Shown: positions 36,649 to 46,251, counted from the stretch's first letter. The stretch is DNA of 60,388 bases from a virus (IMGVR_UViG_3300045988_119780:1-60388); one strand, 5' to 3'. Translations and numbers: made by a program. Notes: generated by a model from the sequence alone, not told the origin.

Positions 36649-37055
36649 TCAGAATCACCTTCATCAAAGCTTACGCCGTCTTCGGCAAGTTGAGACTTCA
36701 ACATAGCTTCGTTGACATCACGCAGGTAGTCACCAGTTGCTAAAGGCATGTTAAGGAACTTGTCGCAAACTTCGGAGTAGAACTTTTGAATGTCACTGAA
36801 TGACATTTCATCTAATTCCTTTGCGTCTGCCTTGGACAAACCAAGCAATGAGATTACGCCTTCCATGATTAAAGGATTGCTGACATCTTCATAGTCAAGA
36901 ATAGTTGGTGACTTCTGTTCTGCATCGAACTTGTCTTCCAGTTCGTTGTATGCTTCCAAAATCTTTCTCAAGCCTTGGCTAGCCAACTTCATATTCTTAT
37001 TTGAATCTAAGATGTGGTATTCCTTGTCACCCATCTTGAATGAAACTTGTTTCAT
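36624..37055 (-). CDS. Tail assembly chaperone (gpG-like, 0 frame)
   Basis: 143-aa acidic protein between the major tail and tape measure genes. Confidence 0.7.
   Translation of the reverse strand: MKQVSFKMGDKEYHILDSNKNMKLASQGLRKILEAYNELEDKFDAEQKSPTILDYEDVSNPLIMEGVISLLGLSKADAKELDEMSFSDIQKFYSEVCDKFLNMPLATGDYLRDVNEAMLKSQLAEDGVSFDEGDSDPKQEEGK
36642..36648 (-). promoter_or_regulatory. -1 programmed frameshift heptamer C CCA AAA
   Basis: X XXY YYZ in the correct phase (GAC CCA AAA), 6 codons before the gpG stop. Confidence 0.65.
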
Positions 37056-37176
37056 AACTTTTTCTCGCTTTCTTTCAATGACTGATTAATGTTTTGTTTT
37101 TAGTGCCCACCCATTCCCGGCAAATAAAAAAAGCGAGCAAGACTTTGCCACACGCTTGCGTCTTGCCCGCTATAAA

Positions 37177-37809
37177 TTAATGACCCAGGCCTGTGCTAGA
37201 AGTAAATAAAGTTTGGCCAGGCATTACTGCACTGAAGAATTTGTTCTTGTCAAAGTCACTGTCTGATGCATAAGCCCGTACATACGGCTTGCCATCGAAA
37301 CCATCGAATGACAATGCTTCAAAAGTAATCTGGTCATCTGATCTAGTTTCAGCAGTGTCCGTGTTGGTCTGTACGTCCATTGCTGATTCCGTACAAATAC
37401 CACGGCCAAAGCCCATGTACAGTTCCTTACGATCTACTGGGTCACGGGTTACTACAATGCACGCAACTTCAACGTTTTCGTCAGTTGGTACCCAATAACC
37501 GTCAACCTTCTTATGACCAAGAATCTTTTCCTTCACTTCGTGGTTGATTGCGTTTGCGTCAATAGCAATTGAAGGTGCTGCTTGCCCCTTGGACACATCT
37601 ACCACACGGTCATTACCGTTGATCTTAGTATTTGACCCAGAAAGATTGGTAATGTTGGCTTGCTTAGTACCCAAGTTGCCCTTGGACTTGTCCGTATCAA
37701 TTGCGAACACGCCAGTATCACTCAAGCCATCAGAAGTGCCAACCTTGATCTTGCCAGTTTTAATATCCCGCAATGCGAGATAAACCATTTGTAAACCAAG
37801 AGATGCCAT
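37177..37809 (-). CDS. Major tail protein
   Basis: 210 aa; called by its position upstream of the chaperone pair. Confidence 0.65.
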   Translation of the reverse strand: MASLGLQMVYLALRDIKTGKIKVGTSDGLSDTGVFAIDTDKSKGNLGTKQANITNLSGSNTKINGNDRVVDVSKGQAAPSIAIDANAINHEVKEKILGHKKVDGYWVPTDENVEVACIVVTRDPVDRKELYMGFGRGICTESAMDVQTNTDTAETRSDDQITFEALSFDGFDGKPYVRAYASDSDFDKNKFFSAVMPGQTLFTSSTGLGH

Positions 37810-37823
37810 CTAATTATTTCTCC

Positions 37824-38222
37824 TTAATCTAATAAGTCTTTAATGTAATTGAATTTGTAAGTATTGGTAATGTTTTGACTATCTGGTGTCATTGCCCAGC
37901 CTGCATCTGAATACAATGCGTAACCTTTGGATAACAAAAAGGTCTCAACACTTCGTGCAAGACCTTCAATGTCACCTTCATACGTAGGTGGGCAATAATA
38001 TGTAATCTGGATTCTGCCCAGTTCAGTAAGTGGAGTATTGTTGGCGTAAGACCTGGACTTCATAGGGACTTCATTAATAACCAAGATAGGAACATCTGTG
38101 CTGGTATCATCTTGCGGAATCATGAAAGCATGAATATGATTAGCACTCAGTCCTTCAAACTTATCAACGTTGTCCTGTAAAAGCATAGCCAGTTCTGCGG
38201 CTTTAGTCGCCATCGCCATCAC
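37824..38222 (-). CDS. Tail completion / terminator-like protein
   Basis: 132 aa; called by position in the head-tail joining cluster. Confidence 0.45.
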   Translation of the reverse strand: MMAMATKAAELAMLLQDNVDKFEGLSANHIHAFMIPQDDTSTDVPILVINEVPMKSRSYANNTPLTELGRIQITYYCPPTYEGDIEGLARSVETFLLSKGYALYSDAGWAMTPDSQNITNTYKFNYIKDLLD

Positions 38223-38802
38223 CTTCGCTATCGAACGGAACTAAGTCCCCAGTGTCGTCTAATACCACACCGCCACGAGTGTTGATTTCGCCCAGGATTC
38301 TGTTGAGCTTATCAGCCATCGCCTTTTTGACAGCCTCTTGGCTTTCTACTTCGGACTTTTCAAAGTAGAACTCACCGTTGACGTGTGGATATGGACCACC
38401 GTATTTGTTGCGAGGGTCCCAGCCGTCATTAATGAAACGACCAACAAAGCCAAGCTTCCCTTCTGTAGAGAAACCCACCCCAACTGCCGTCTGCCCACGC
38501 TCGTGAGCAACAATCAGCGTGTCAGCCATTTTATCCCGGTCGTGCTGGCTGTCATAAGGAATGCCCTTAGAATCCTTGTGATAAGTAATAGGGCCACCTG
38601 GGACGTCAGCTCTTTCATGTGCTAAGAAATTCTTTTTAAGCACAGCCTTGTAAACTTCAGCACCTGCCGTGTTAATGCGGATAGTTTCCCGCCCAGTTAA
38701 CGATGAGCGAAGGGATGCCAACACTCTATCGATATTGCCTGGGTCGTTGACCTTCATCCGCATGCCAGTGCCAGGCTGGTTCCAATATTCAACTTTACCC
38801 AT
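38203..38802 (-). CDS. HK97 gp10-like head-tail joining protein
   Basis: Start placed at MGKVEYWNQPG; called by position and size. Confidence 0.5.
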   Translation of the reverse strand: MGKVEYWNQPGTGMRMKVNDPGNIDRVLASLRSSLTGRETIRINTAGAEVYKAVLKKNFLAHERADVPGGPITYHKDSKGIPYDSQHDRDKMADTLIVAHERGQTAVGVGFSTEGKLGFVGRFINDGWDPRNKYGGPYPHVNGEFYFEKSEVESQEAVKKAMADKLNRILGEINTRGGVVLDDTGDLVPFDSEGDGDGD

Positions 38803-39148
38803 GCTTATCAACCTTTCTGCACGTAAGAATGTCAAAATCCTTAGGTGAGCCAGTGTCATCATAAGCAATGCTGTAAATGTCGTAGACCGTATCCTTGCAC
38901 TTCAGCTTTTGATCTGTCGTGACCTTAGGGTTATGCCTAATGGCAAATTCTACTGCATCAGTGATTCCGTTGCCCGCCAATGACAATTGCCTTGACTGGC
39001 TGATTGTCCACTTTGCACCCCATACAGTTAGGTCTGGTTTGAACTCTTCAATATATTTCCCAGTGTTAGGATTGCGTTTAGTGCCGGACGTGTATTTACC
39101 AAACTGCAATCTCAGTTGCATTCGGGAGGGCTTTACATTATGCGCCAT
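38795..39148 (-). CDS. Head closure / head-tail adaptor protein
   Basis: 117 aa; called by position and an SPP1 gp16-like size. Confidence 0.5.
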   Translation of the reverse strand: MAHNVKPSRMQLRLQFGKYTSGTKRNPNTGKYIEEFKPDLTVWGAKWTISQSRQLSLAGNGITDAVEFAIRHNPKVTTDQKLKCKDTVYDIYSIAYDDTGSPKDFDILTCRKVDKHG

Positions 39149-39497
39149 CGTTGGTGTCCTCCTTTAATTGTTGTTGTTCGAGTGCGTAACGATAGTCATC
39201 TTTCAAGCCGTTAATATCATCACGTTCAATTCTGTTGTAAGACAGAAAAGCCGTAGACGCTGTCGTACGGTTATTGAAGTGATCGAATACTTCAATCCAA
39301 ACTGCTTGCTGGAATACCGGGTTGTCATCATAGAAATCATCGATCTGTTCACCGACCGAACCCATGACTTTTCTCCGTGCGGCTAGCAGCCAAACTTTCA
39401 GCAGATCATCTTCCACACCTTCATCAAGCTTGCAGAAATTACGAACGCTGGCAAGTTCTTCGTCAGTAACAGTTGTCTTTAGGGAACTGATTGACAT
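39138..39497 (-). CDS. gp6-like head-tail connector protein
   Basis: 119 aa; called by position after the capsid gene. AAGGAGGTG SD. Confidence 0.55.
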   Translation of the reverse strand: MSISSLKTTVTDEELASVRNFCKLDEGVEDDLLKVWLLAARRKVMGSVGEQIDDFYDDNPVFQQAVWIEVFDHFNNRTTASTAFLSYNRIERDDINGLKDDYRYALEQQQLKEDTNDGA

Positions 39498-39511
39498 AGG
39501 CTGTCACCTCC

Positions 39512-39730
39512 TTACTTGACTAAAGCCAAAAGTTGATCCTTGGTCAAGTTGGAAGCATAGCTGATGTTGTGAGCATCAAGGTAAGCCTTGATGTCTGCAA
39601 CAGTGTTTGCGCTAGTCGGCTTAGTATCACTGCCAGCTGAACTAATAGAACCGACAGAAGCGGTTGATTCACTAGTTAAGCTAGCTGACGTAGTGCCGGT
39701 TGAACCGCCATCAACCGGAGCTATTTTCCC
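39512..39730 (-). CDS. -1 frame C-terminal extension of the major capsid protein (72 codons, no start codon)
   Basis: Reads GKIAPVDGGSTGTTSASLTSESTASVGSISSAGSDTKPTSANTVADIKAYLDAHNISYASNLTKDQLLALVK: a Ser/Thr/Ala-rich linker followed by an HeH/SAP-like motif. Confidence 0.5.
   Translation of the reverse strand, partial: GKIAPVDGGSTGTTSASLTSESTASVGSISSAGSDTKPTSANTVADIKAYLDAHNISYASNLTKDQLLALVK
39696..39730 (-). promoter_or_regulatory. -1 frameshift signal: G GGA AAA heptamer, 5-nt spacer and 8-bp hairpin
   Basis: Heptamer at 39724-39730 in phase (GCG GGA AAA TAG). Hairpin CCGGTTGA / TCAACCGG at 39696-39718. Confidence 0.55.
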
Positions 39731-40899
39731 GCCGGTGCGCTCACGCTAGCAAGACGGAATGCGCTAGCCAACTTAATTCTGTGGTCAAGCCATGCAGTCA
39801 ATTGGAAGTAGTTGAAGCCAGTTTGGTAGTCCTTGTACTGTTCAAATACTGGAGTAGCAATGTCGTAGTTCAAACGGGCTTGCTTGAAGTCACCCACAAT
39901 TGGAGTGGTGGCCTTTGAAGTAAAGTGAACTGGAACACCAAAGATTTGTTCTGGTTGCTTTTCGTATAGAGTAGTTGAGCTGTTTGACAACTTGTCCAGC
40001 ATGTCGAAGTAGTCTGCACGAGTCATCAAAACTTGTGCGTTGTCTTGGTAAGCATCGTCCAGGTCTGCCAGGGCCTTGTTGATAGCCTTAAACATGTCAG
40101 CACCACTAATAGTCTTAATGCCGTTAACAGCGTTGTAGAATGACATGTGTTCTTCACCAGTTGCTGGGGAAGCTGACAGTGCGGCACTCAATTCACGTGC
40201 TTGCAATGCTGAGGACAATGCGTTGTTTACGTAGCCAACCAAGTTAGTGTCAGTACCATTCAAAATGGTTTCTGAGATACCTGCACGAACCTTAGTCTTG
40301 AAGCGGCCAAATTCAATTTCGCCACCCTTAACAGTTGCGTCCTTAGCTGCGGTCCCATCCTTAACTGCGTCAGTTACAACTTCGAAAGCAATAGTAGGCA
40401 ATACCAAGTTGGTTACAGTTGAAACTTCTTCCATTTCACGAAGTGGGTTAGTAGCCAGTGGTTCGTAAACAAGGTCGCTTGCAACGTTGATTGGCAGAAT
40501 GTCAGCACCATTAGTAGTGTCCTTGTCATCCTTCAATTCGTCCTTGACTGAGTGCCACTTTTCCAGGACCGCTGCATCTTCTGGCTTCATGGTCTTCCGA
40601 ATCCATGCTGCAACGATGGTTTCCTTCTTTTGTTCTGGGGTCATAATGACTTCTGCCTTAGGCTTGTTCACTGGAGTAGCCGCCTTAATTTCTTCGGCTG
40701 CGGCCTTTTCGTAGGCTTCGTTGATAGCTTCAAACTTAGCCTTCAAATCATCACGGTGCTTCTTAGCAGCATCGATTTGGTCCTTGTCAGCATTTGGGTC
40801 AACTGACAGATCAATAATGCGTTGTTCAGCATCTGCCAGGGTTTCCTTGAGGTTCAAACGCTGAGCGTTCAATTCATAAGAGTTCATCTTGTGAGCCAT
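39721..40899 (-). CDS. Major capsid protein (HK97-fold family), 0-frame product
   Basis: 392 aa following a ClpP-type prohead protease and a portal gene. Confidence 0.8.
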   Translation of the reverse strand: MAHKMNSYELNAQRLNLKETLADAEQRIIDLSVDPNADKDQIDAAKKHRDDLKAKFEAINEAYEKAAAEEIKAATPVNKPKAEVIMTPEQKKETIVAAWIRKTMKPEDAAVLEKWHSVKDELKDDKDTTNGADILPINVASDLVYEPLATNPLREMEEVSTVTNLVLPTIAFEVVTDAVKDGTAAKDATVKGGEIEFGRFKTKVRAGISETILNGTDTNLVGYVNNALSSALQARELSAALSASPATGEEHMSFYNAVNGIKTISGADMFKAINKALADLDDAYQDNAQVLMTRADYFDMLDKLSNSSTTLYEKQPEQIFGVPVHFTSKATTPIVGDFKQARLNYDIATPVFEQYKDYQTGFNYFQLTAWLDHRIKLASAFRLASVSAPAGK

Positions 40900-40911
40900 A
40901 AATTCTTCTCC

Positions 40912-41661
40912 TTAAAATAAAAAGCTGTCGTTCAAATAGTTCAATGACTCTTGAGCTGACAGCCGCAGTTTTCTGCGCCATTCTTCTTCTTCTTGTTGTT
41001 TTAATTCCGCTTTTTGTTCATTAACTGGGTGAGCAGTAACCAATGACTTTGGAGTATGCTTGAAGCTCTTGGCTTGTTCTTCAGTCAAGCATGCTGCCAT
41101 CTTTACAGGTTCAAGTACTTCATCAGCCAAACCATACTCGGCTGCTTCCTTAGCCGTCAGCCAGGTCTCTTCGTCCATGAGTTGGGTCAAGGTGTCTACA
41201 TCCAGCTTGTCGTTAGACTTAGACAAATATGAAGTCTTGATAGATTCACTCATCTTGTCCATGTCATCAGCAACCTTTCGCAATTCCTTAGAGTTGCCTT
41301 GGGCAATAGTCCACGGGTTGTGAATCATGAGCATTGAGTTTTCTGGCATGATAATCGTGTCGCCTGCCATCGCAATAACGCTGGCAATGGATGCTGCTAG
41401 GCCGTCAATGTAAACGTGAATGTCAGCCTTGCTTTGCTTGAGCATGTTGTAGATAGACACGCCTTCAAACACGTCACCACCTGGACTGTTGATATGCAGG
41501 TTAATAGTCTTTACATCGCCGACTTGCTTTAACAAGTCTCTGAATTGACTTGCTGACGTATCACTGTCATCCCAAATCTGGGAAGTGATTTCGCCTTCAA
41601 TATCAATCTCAGCTTCCTTCTTGCTCAGTGCTTTGTAATTCATCTTCATTTGTGTTTTCAC
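40912..41661 (-). CDS. ClpP-family prohead maturation protease
   Basis: INSPGGDVFEG and DGLAASIASVIAMAG serine-protease motifs. Confidence 0.85.
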   Translation of the reverse strand: MKTQMKMNYKALSKKEAEIDIEGEITSQIWDDSDTSASQFRDLLKQVGDVKTINLHINSPGGDVFEGVSIYNMLKQSKADIHVYIDGLAASIASVIAMAGDTIIMPENSMLMIHNPWTIAQGNSKELRKVADDMDKMSESIKTSYLSKSNDKLDVDTLTQLMDEETWLTAKEAAEYGLADEVLEPVKMAACLTEEQAKSFKHTPKSLVTAHPVNEQKAELKQQEEEEWRRKLRLSAQESLNYLNDSFLF

Positions 41662-42919
41662 CTCCCTCCTGCTTAGGTGCAGCTACGTTGGCATCCGTTT
41701 GAATCTTGTTATCAAGGATTGCATCGTAGTACTTATCAAGTGGATAAAGGTCTTTAGAGATATACAAGTGATCTGCTGCTTCATCTGGGATAGGTGCTTG
41801 CCCCTCAAGCTCTCTGATTTCATTTGGCTTGAAGATACCGTTCCGAGTAAGCGTCTGGTAGTATTGCGTCCTAGCAGCCGTATCACCACGGAGCAGACCG
41901 TTGACATTGAAACTAAAGTAAAAGCCCTTTACCCGCTTTCCTGGAGTAAAGAGCTTCATGTTGAATTGAGATTCGTATTGTCTGATAATCGGCATCAAGG
42001 TCATGGTTACGAACTGTGAGTTAACATGCTCAACATTGGTAGTAGACTTGGCCTGGTCATCATTCAAGAATGAGATAGGCACGTTAAAGGCCGTAGCAAT
42101 TCTGATACGGCTGATCTGCTCAACACTACTCAAGTCAGCAGGCTCAAACTTAGATTCATACCGATCTACCTTCCAGCCTGCTTCCTGGACTACAGCACCG
42201 CCGTTTTCCTTGACCATTCGGAGGAAGTCGTTCACCATCGCTTGCCGTTTCTCTGGAGAGATTGAACGGTCATATTGAAGAACAAACTTGTCCTTCTTCT
42301 CCATTTCATTCTGTGAAAAGTTCTCAACGCTTCTCTGGAATTTCAGAGATGATGAAAGCACATCGATAGGCGAAACACCATACCAGCTGTTACTTGGTAC
42401 GACATGTTTAACGTGAATCACGTCATTGATAGGGATAGTGAAATTGTAAATATCGCTAGTCACTCTGTACCAGTAACTGTTATTATCTGTGTTTCTTAGA
42501 ATGGATACCGTATTTGGGTCAAGCGGCCACAAAGCAATAGGCTCGCCTGTGCTCAAACTTCTTTGAATCCACGCATAGCCATTACCGCTTACGTTGCGGT
42601 CGGTTTCCAAACGAGCAATGAACTCAAAAGCCGTCATGTTAGGATTTGGTGAAGTTTTCAGCAAATCAGCTAAAGGCTCGTTATCCATTTGCTTGTAATT
42701 TTGATACTCATGCAGAGGCAAGCTGGCTAGTACGTTTGATAGTCTAGTGACAATACTGAAAATGTACTCGTTGCTTTCAAGAATACGTTCTCTTGAAAAC
42801 GTAGCCTGTTCTAATTTTACGCCTGCCATGTCTAAAGGCTGTGGCATCGGATTCTGAACAATCTGATTTGCTTGGTCGTAAACGCCAAAGAATTGGCGAA
42901 CTTTACTCATAAATGACAT
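41609..42919 (-). CDS. Portal protein (HK97-family type)
   Basis: 436 aa between terL and the protease. Confidence 0.8.
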   Translation of the reverse strand: MSFMSKVRQFFGVYDQANQIVQNPMPQPLDMAGVKLEQATFSRERILESNEYIFSIVTRLSNVLASLPLHEYQNYKQMDNEPLADLLKTSPNPNMTAFEFIARLETDRNVSGNGYAWIQRSLSTGEPIALWPLDPNTVSILRNTDNNSYWYRVTSDIYNFTIPINDVIHVKHVVPSNSWYGVSPIDVLSSSLKFQRSVENFSQNEMEKKDKFVLQYDRSISPEKRQAMVNDFLRMVKENGGAVVQEAGWKVDRYESKFEPADLSSVEQISRIRIATAFNVPISFLNDDQAKSTTNVEHVNSQFVTMTLMPIIRQYESQFNMKLFTPGKRVKGFYFSFNVNGLLRGDTAARTQYYQTLTRNGIFKPNEIRELEGQAPIPDEAADHLYISKDLYPLDKYYDAILDNKIQTDANVAAPKQEGGENTNEDELQSTEQEGS

Positions 42920-42941
42920 CTGGTTTAATCACCTCCTCCGT

Positions 42942-44279
42942 TTAGCGGAATGAGATAAACATGCTCGTGTCGGATTCTTCGTCCTTCTCCATAAGCATAT
43001 TGATTACTGTTGTGTGTGCGTCAAGAGCTGCGGCAAAACCGTCAATCTTTCTTGACATGCTAGTCTTGCTTGGCAACCAGTTATCGTTGCGGTCTTTTAC
43101 AAGCCGAACGTTATTGACGTACCACTTAAACATTGATTGGTTATTAAAGACAACCTTGCCGTCCAAAAACATTTCGTTCAGATTCTGCATTGGCCCGGAC
43201 AAAGTAATAGCCCCCTGTCTGGTAATGTTGGTGACAAACCCCTCCAGCTCCAAAGCTTTGTTTAATCTAAGGGCCTTGGCTGGGTCGTAGTTGATCTGCA
43301 AGATGTCGTATTTCTCAGACATCTCTTTGAACCAATCCAGTACGTACTCATAGTCCACAAAATCTTTAGGGATTATGGTTAGGTCTCCGGCTTCTTCCCA
43401 AGCTCTCATGCGTTCTTGATTATTGTCTCGTTCATAGCGAGGTTGCGGAACCCAAGAGTGCTCAAGGAAAAATACCGAACCGTCATCAAGTGGAAATTCC
43501 AAACAAGCGGCTGTAAAGTCTTCTGTTTCTGATAAGTCGAACCCGCCCACACATTGACGGCCTTCTAGTATGTCCAGGTCAATGCTGCGAGTGTTTTTCT
43601 TTAGCGTTTCTGGGGAGATAAAGCTAAGCTCATCTGTTTCTGCAAACAGATTGAATTGCTTGGTCATCCAGTCCGCTTTTTCCTTAGGGCTGCGTCTATC
43701 TTTCTTATAGTCACCGAGCATACCAGCTAAGTCCATCAGCCCAATATTTGGATTAGCCTTAACCCACATTCTAGGGTCGTCCATTTCCTTCTTATCATCA
43801 AGGCTGCAAAGGAAATAGAATGTACGCTCATCAACGTCATCTTCGTAATTGTTGAGACAGTCTTCACCTTGATCTATCATGTCAGCCAATGGCCCATCTA
43901 ATACATAGCCCGCAGTCGTGATGTACACGATCAAGGGTTGAGTGCGTGTCCCACGGGAACGTTTCATAACGTTAATCAAGGAATAGTCTCTATACTCGTG
44001 AATTTCATCGAACACGCCGAAATGTAAGTTTTCCCCGTCCTTGTCTTTCTTTTCTGCAGACATGGCAACGATTGAACCGTTGGTTGCTGGGAAACGAATT
44101 TCTGAACGTGTCGTTCTGAATCTGTCTGACAGCCATGGCGAGCTGTCAATCATGTTCTTAGCTTCTTGAAAAAGGATTGATGATTGTTTTTGTGAGTTCG
44201 CAAGGAAATATACGTTTGCTCCGTTTTCTCCGTCAAAGCCGACCATGTAGTCAGCCAGACCGGACTCAAGCGTAGTTTT
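42942..44279 (-). CDS. terL: Terminase large subunit, exon 2
   Basis: Begins KTTLESGLADYMV..., completing the Walker A motif. DEIHE Walker B-like motif and a nuclease half follow. Confidence 0.85.
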   Translation of the reverse strand, partial: KTTLESGLADYMVGFDGENGANVYFLANSQKQSSILFQEAKNMIDSSPWLSDRFRTTRSEIRFPATNGSIVAMSAEKKDKDGENLHFGVFDEIHEYRDYSLINVMKRSRGTRTQPLIVYITTAGYVLDGPLADMIDQGEDCLNNYEDDVDERTFYFLCSLDDKKEMDDPRMWVKANPNIGLMDLAGMLGDYKKDRRSPKEKADWMTKQFNLFAETDELSFISPETLKKNTRSIDLDILEGRQCVGGFDLSETEDFTAACLEFPLDDGSVFFLEHSWVPQPRYERDNNQERMRAWEEAGDLTIIPKDFVDYEYVLDWFKEMSEKYDILQINYDPAKALRLNKALELEGFVTNITRQGAITLSGPMQNLNEMFLDGKVVFNNQSMFKWYVNNVRLVKDRNDNWLPSKTSMSRKIDGFAAALDAHTTVINMLMEKDEESDTSMFISFR

Positions 44280-44505
44280 CATTTGTGTTATCGCACGGGC
44301 TTTTTATCCCGGCTTCTAGTAGTCGCCTACTAGTTCGGCATATATTTTCTGGGTTAGCCCAGGTGCGGTCTCGTGGAGGTATTATATTTGTTCAACCTCT
44401 ATGCTCTACAATGCTAACCAGCCTTTCGCAATCTGATTAGTTATCTCGGTGTCTTCTCAATGAGGTTTTCACCGATTTACCGCACTTTTACAACGGCAAA
44501 ACTCT
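44280..44505 (-). ncRNA. Group I intron (226 nt, no ORF) in terL
   Basis: Exon 1 ends in U (..AACGGU). An internal guide GCCGUU (44492-44497) pairs with AACGGU, with U.G at the splice site. The intron ends in G (44280). Splicing restores GRKNG|KTTL. Confidence 0.8.
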
Positions 44506-44973
44506 ACCGTTCTTACGTCCCATGAAGATCAGCGCTTCTCTGAATCTTCTTAGGCCAGTTTCCTTGTGAACCCAGCCAAACAGATTGCCAACTACAAAGT
44601 GCTGCCAGGGTTGGAGAACTAATCTTCGAATAGTCCCCTTACTTGGTGTTACTTTCTGTTCAATGAATCTGATTGGCCGCCATGCTTTTGCCTCATCAAA
44701 CCTCCACATGAAATTGGGGTCAGTTCTGCTGCGCTCTAGATCACGCAAAAATCGCATACAAGCCCGTTTAACTTCCTTGCAGGCTATTTGTACTCCATTG
44801 ACTACATCTCGTGCATACGCCTCTGTAGCAAGCGCAGGGAGTGGGGTAGAAATAACGTGGTATGCTTTACGCTCACGCTCCTTGTAATTCTTAACCCACT
44901 CTTCAATTCCCCTTGTGTTCATGTTCAGTGGATTATCTGGTGATTCAGCGTAATTCAACCTATCACCTTCCAA
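44506..44973 (-). CDS. terL: Terminase large subunit, exon 1
   Basis: PWQHFVVGNLFGWVHKETGLRRFREALIFMGRKNG is a typical terminase N-terminus. Unspliced, the ORF runs into a stop 6 codons later. Confidence 0.85.
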
Positions 44974-45849
44974 TCATTTAATAACTCTCAGAAGTAGTTC
45001 ATCATGCCGTTTGGCAGTTGCCGTGAATACTGTTTTCCGGCCTCCAAGATTTGCTACCACTTCTGTGCCGGGCAATACGCTATATTCGCTGATATAGATG
45101 TTCTTAGCGGGACAGCTCATATACCACTCGGTAAATGCTTCGCTGTTCCAATCTTGGACGTCAGCGTATTGCTTGGTATCACGGTAAGGTGGATCACAAT
45201 AAACAATATCGTCTGGATTGATGTCTAGATGTCTATAGTCCTGCTGAAGGCTTTCAACCTGCTGAAGGCTTTCAACCTGCTTTAAGCGCTCAATATTTTG
45301 CAGTCTATCTATTGGACTAGTCTTGATCTGTTTCTTGTAAGCCCGATACTTTTCACGTAGCGTTTTAAGGCCTTTAGTTGACTCGTAAAGAGAATCAAAT
45401 TGGGTATCAGTATCTCCACACAGCAGTGCCCTGGTAAGCAATAACTTTATCGGCTCAAGCTTCTTGCTATATAAGTAATCTTTCATGTTGTAACCGAAGC
45501 TGAAGCACATCAATACCACAGTGTCCGCTAGGCTCATGTCTTCTGGCTTTTTATCACGGACACTGAAAAATTGCTCCCTGGTTGTCATAGTCAGCTTTTC
45601 TGGATCAACCTTGTGACGCTTAACAATAATCTCGTCAAACAGTCTGTAAGCATTTGGACTCAAGTCATTGAATAGGACTTGATCGTATTTACCAGAGTCG
45701 GCAGCATGAAGTGTGACACCCCCGCCACCACCGAAAGCATCTATTAATCTATTGCCAGCTGGCAACGCATTAATAATCTTGCCGGCCTTTGCACCCTTGC
45801 GCCCCATTCTGGGAAAGCCATTTAGCCATTCTCTGCTTATTGCTCTCAT
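44974..45849 (-). CDS. Orphan N6-adenine DNA methyltransferase (Dam/D12-class-like)
   Basis: Motif I IDAFGGGGG and motif IV YCDPPY. No restriction partner in the window. Confidence 0.8.
   Translation of the reverse strand: MRAISREWLNGFPRMGRKGAKAGKIINALPAGNRLIDAFGGGGGVTLHAADSGKYDQVLFNDLSPNAYRLFDEIIVKRHKVDPEKLTMTTREQFFSVRDKKPEDMSLADTVVLMCFSFGYNMKDYLYSKKLEPIKLLLTRALLCGDTDTQFDSLYESTKGLKTLREKYRAYKKQIKTSPIDRLQNIERLKQVESLQQVESLQQDYRHLDINPDDIVYCDPPYRDTKQYADVQDWNSEAFTEWYMSCPAKNIYISEYSVLPGTEVVANLGGRKTVFTATAKRHDELLLRVIK
45241..45276. repeat. 18-bp perfect tandem duplication inside the methyltransferase gene
   Basis: ctgctgaaggctttcaac x2 with a degenerate third copy; encodes QVESLQQVESLQ. Confidence 0.9.
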
Positions 45850-45852
45850 CTC

Positions 45853-46251
45853 CTACCACACTTCTTTATTTGGCTTAAATACTTCTGTCTTCTTGTCTGG
45901 CTTGATGTAGCGAATTTTCTTTTGAAGCTTCATACCCTTTTCACGGTGTAAGCGGTTATGACACTGCCGGCACACTGTGATTAGGTTGTCCATACTGAAA
46001 GCCTTGTATGAGTCATCTCCAGTTTTTCTGAGTGGTTCAATGTGGTGTACAGTATCGCCTAACGTATAGCGGCCCTCGGCCTTGCAAATCTGACATAGGT
46101 GCATGTCTCTTTGAAGTACCTGCTGTCTAATTGATCGCCAGGATGCTGAACGGTAGAACTCATTGTTGTTAGTCCCAAACCGTTCGCTCTTCTTTTCTTC
46201 CTTAGCGACCTGTTTGCCATTCCATACTTTAGGCTTCTTGTCCGAACTCAT
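45853..46251 (-). CDS. HNH endonuclease
   Basis: CQICKAEG...HHIEPL...CRQCHNRLH. The start is uncertain (the track ORF extends to 46305) and the gene overlaps the terS 3' end. Confidence 0.85.
   Translation of the reverse strand: MSSDKKPKVWNGKQVAKEEKKSERFGTNNNEFYRSASWRSIRQQVLQRDMHLCQICKAEGRYTLGDTVHHIEPLRKTGDDSYKAFSMDNLITVCRQCHNRLHREKGMKLQKKIRYIKPDKKTEVFKPNKEVW

Noticed and set aside
44282-44488. terL looks like a pseudogene: an N-terminal 161-aa fragment ends in a stop, and a separate 446-aa ORF follows
   Set aside because: The gap has exact group I intron boundaries (5' exon U paired to an internal guide, 3' terminal G). Splicing restores the Walker A motif in frame, so a self-splicing intron explains it better than decay.
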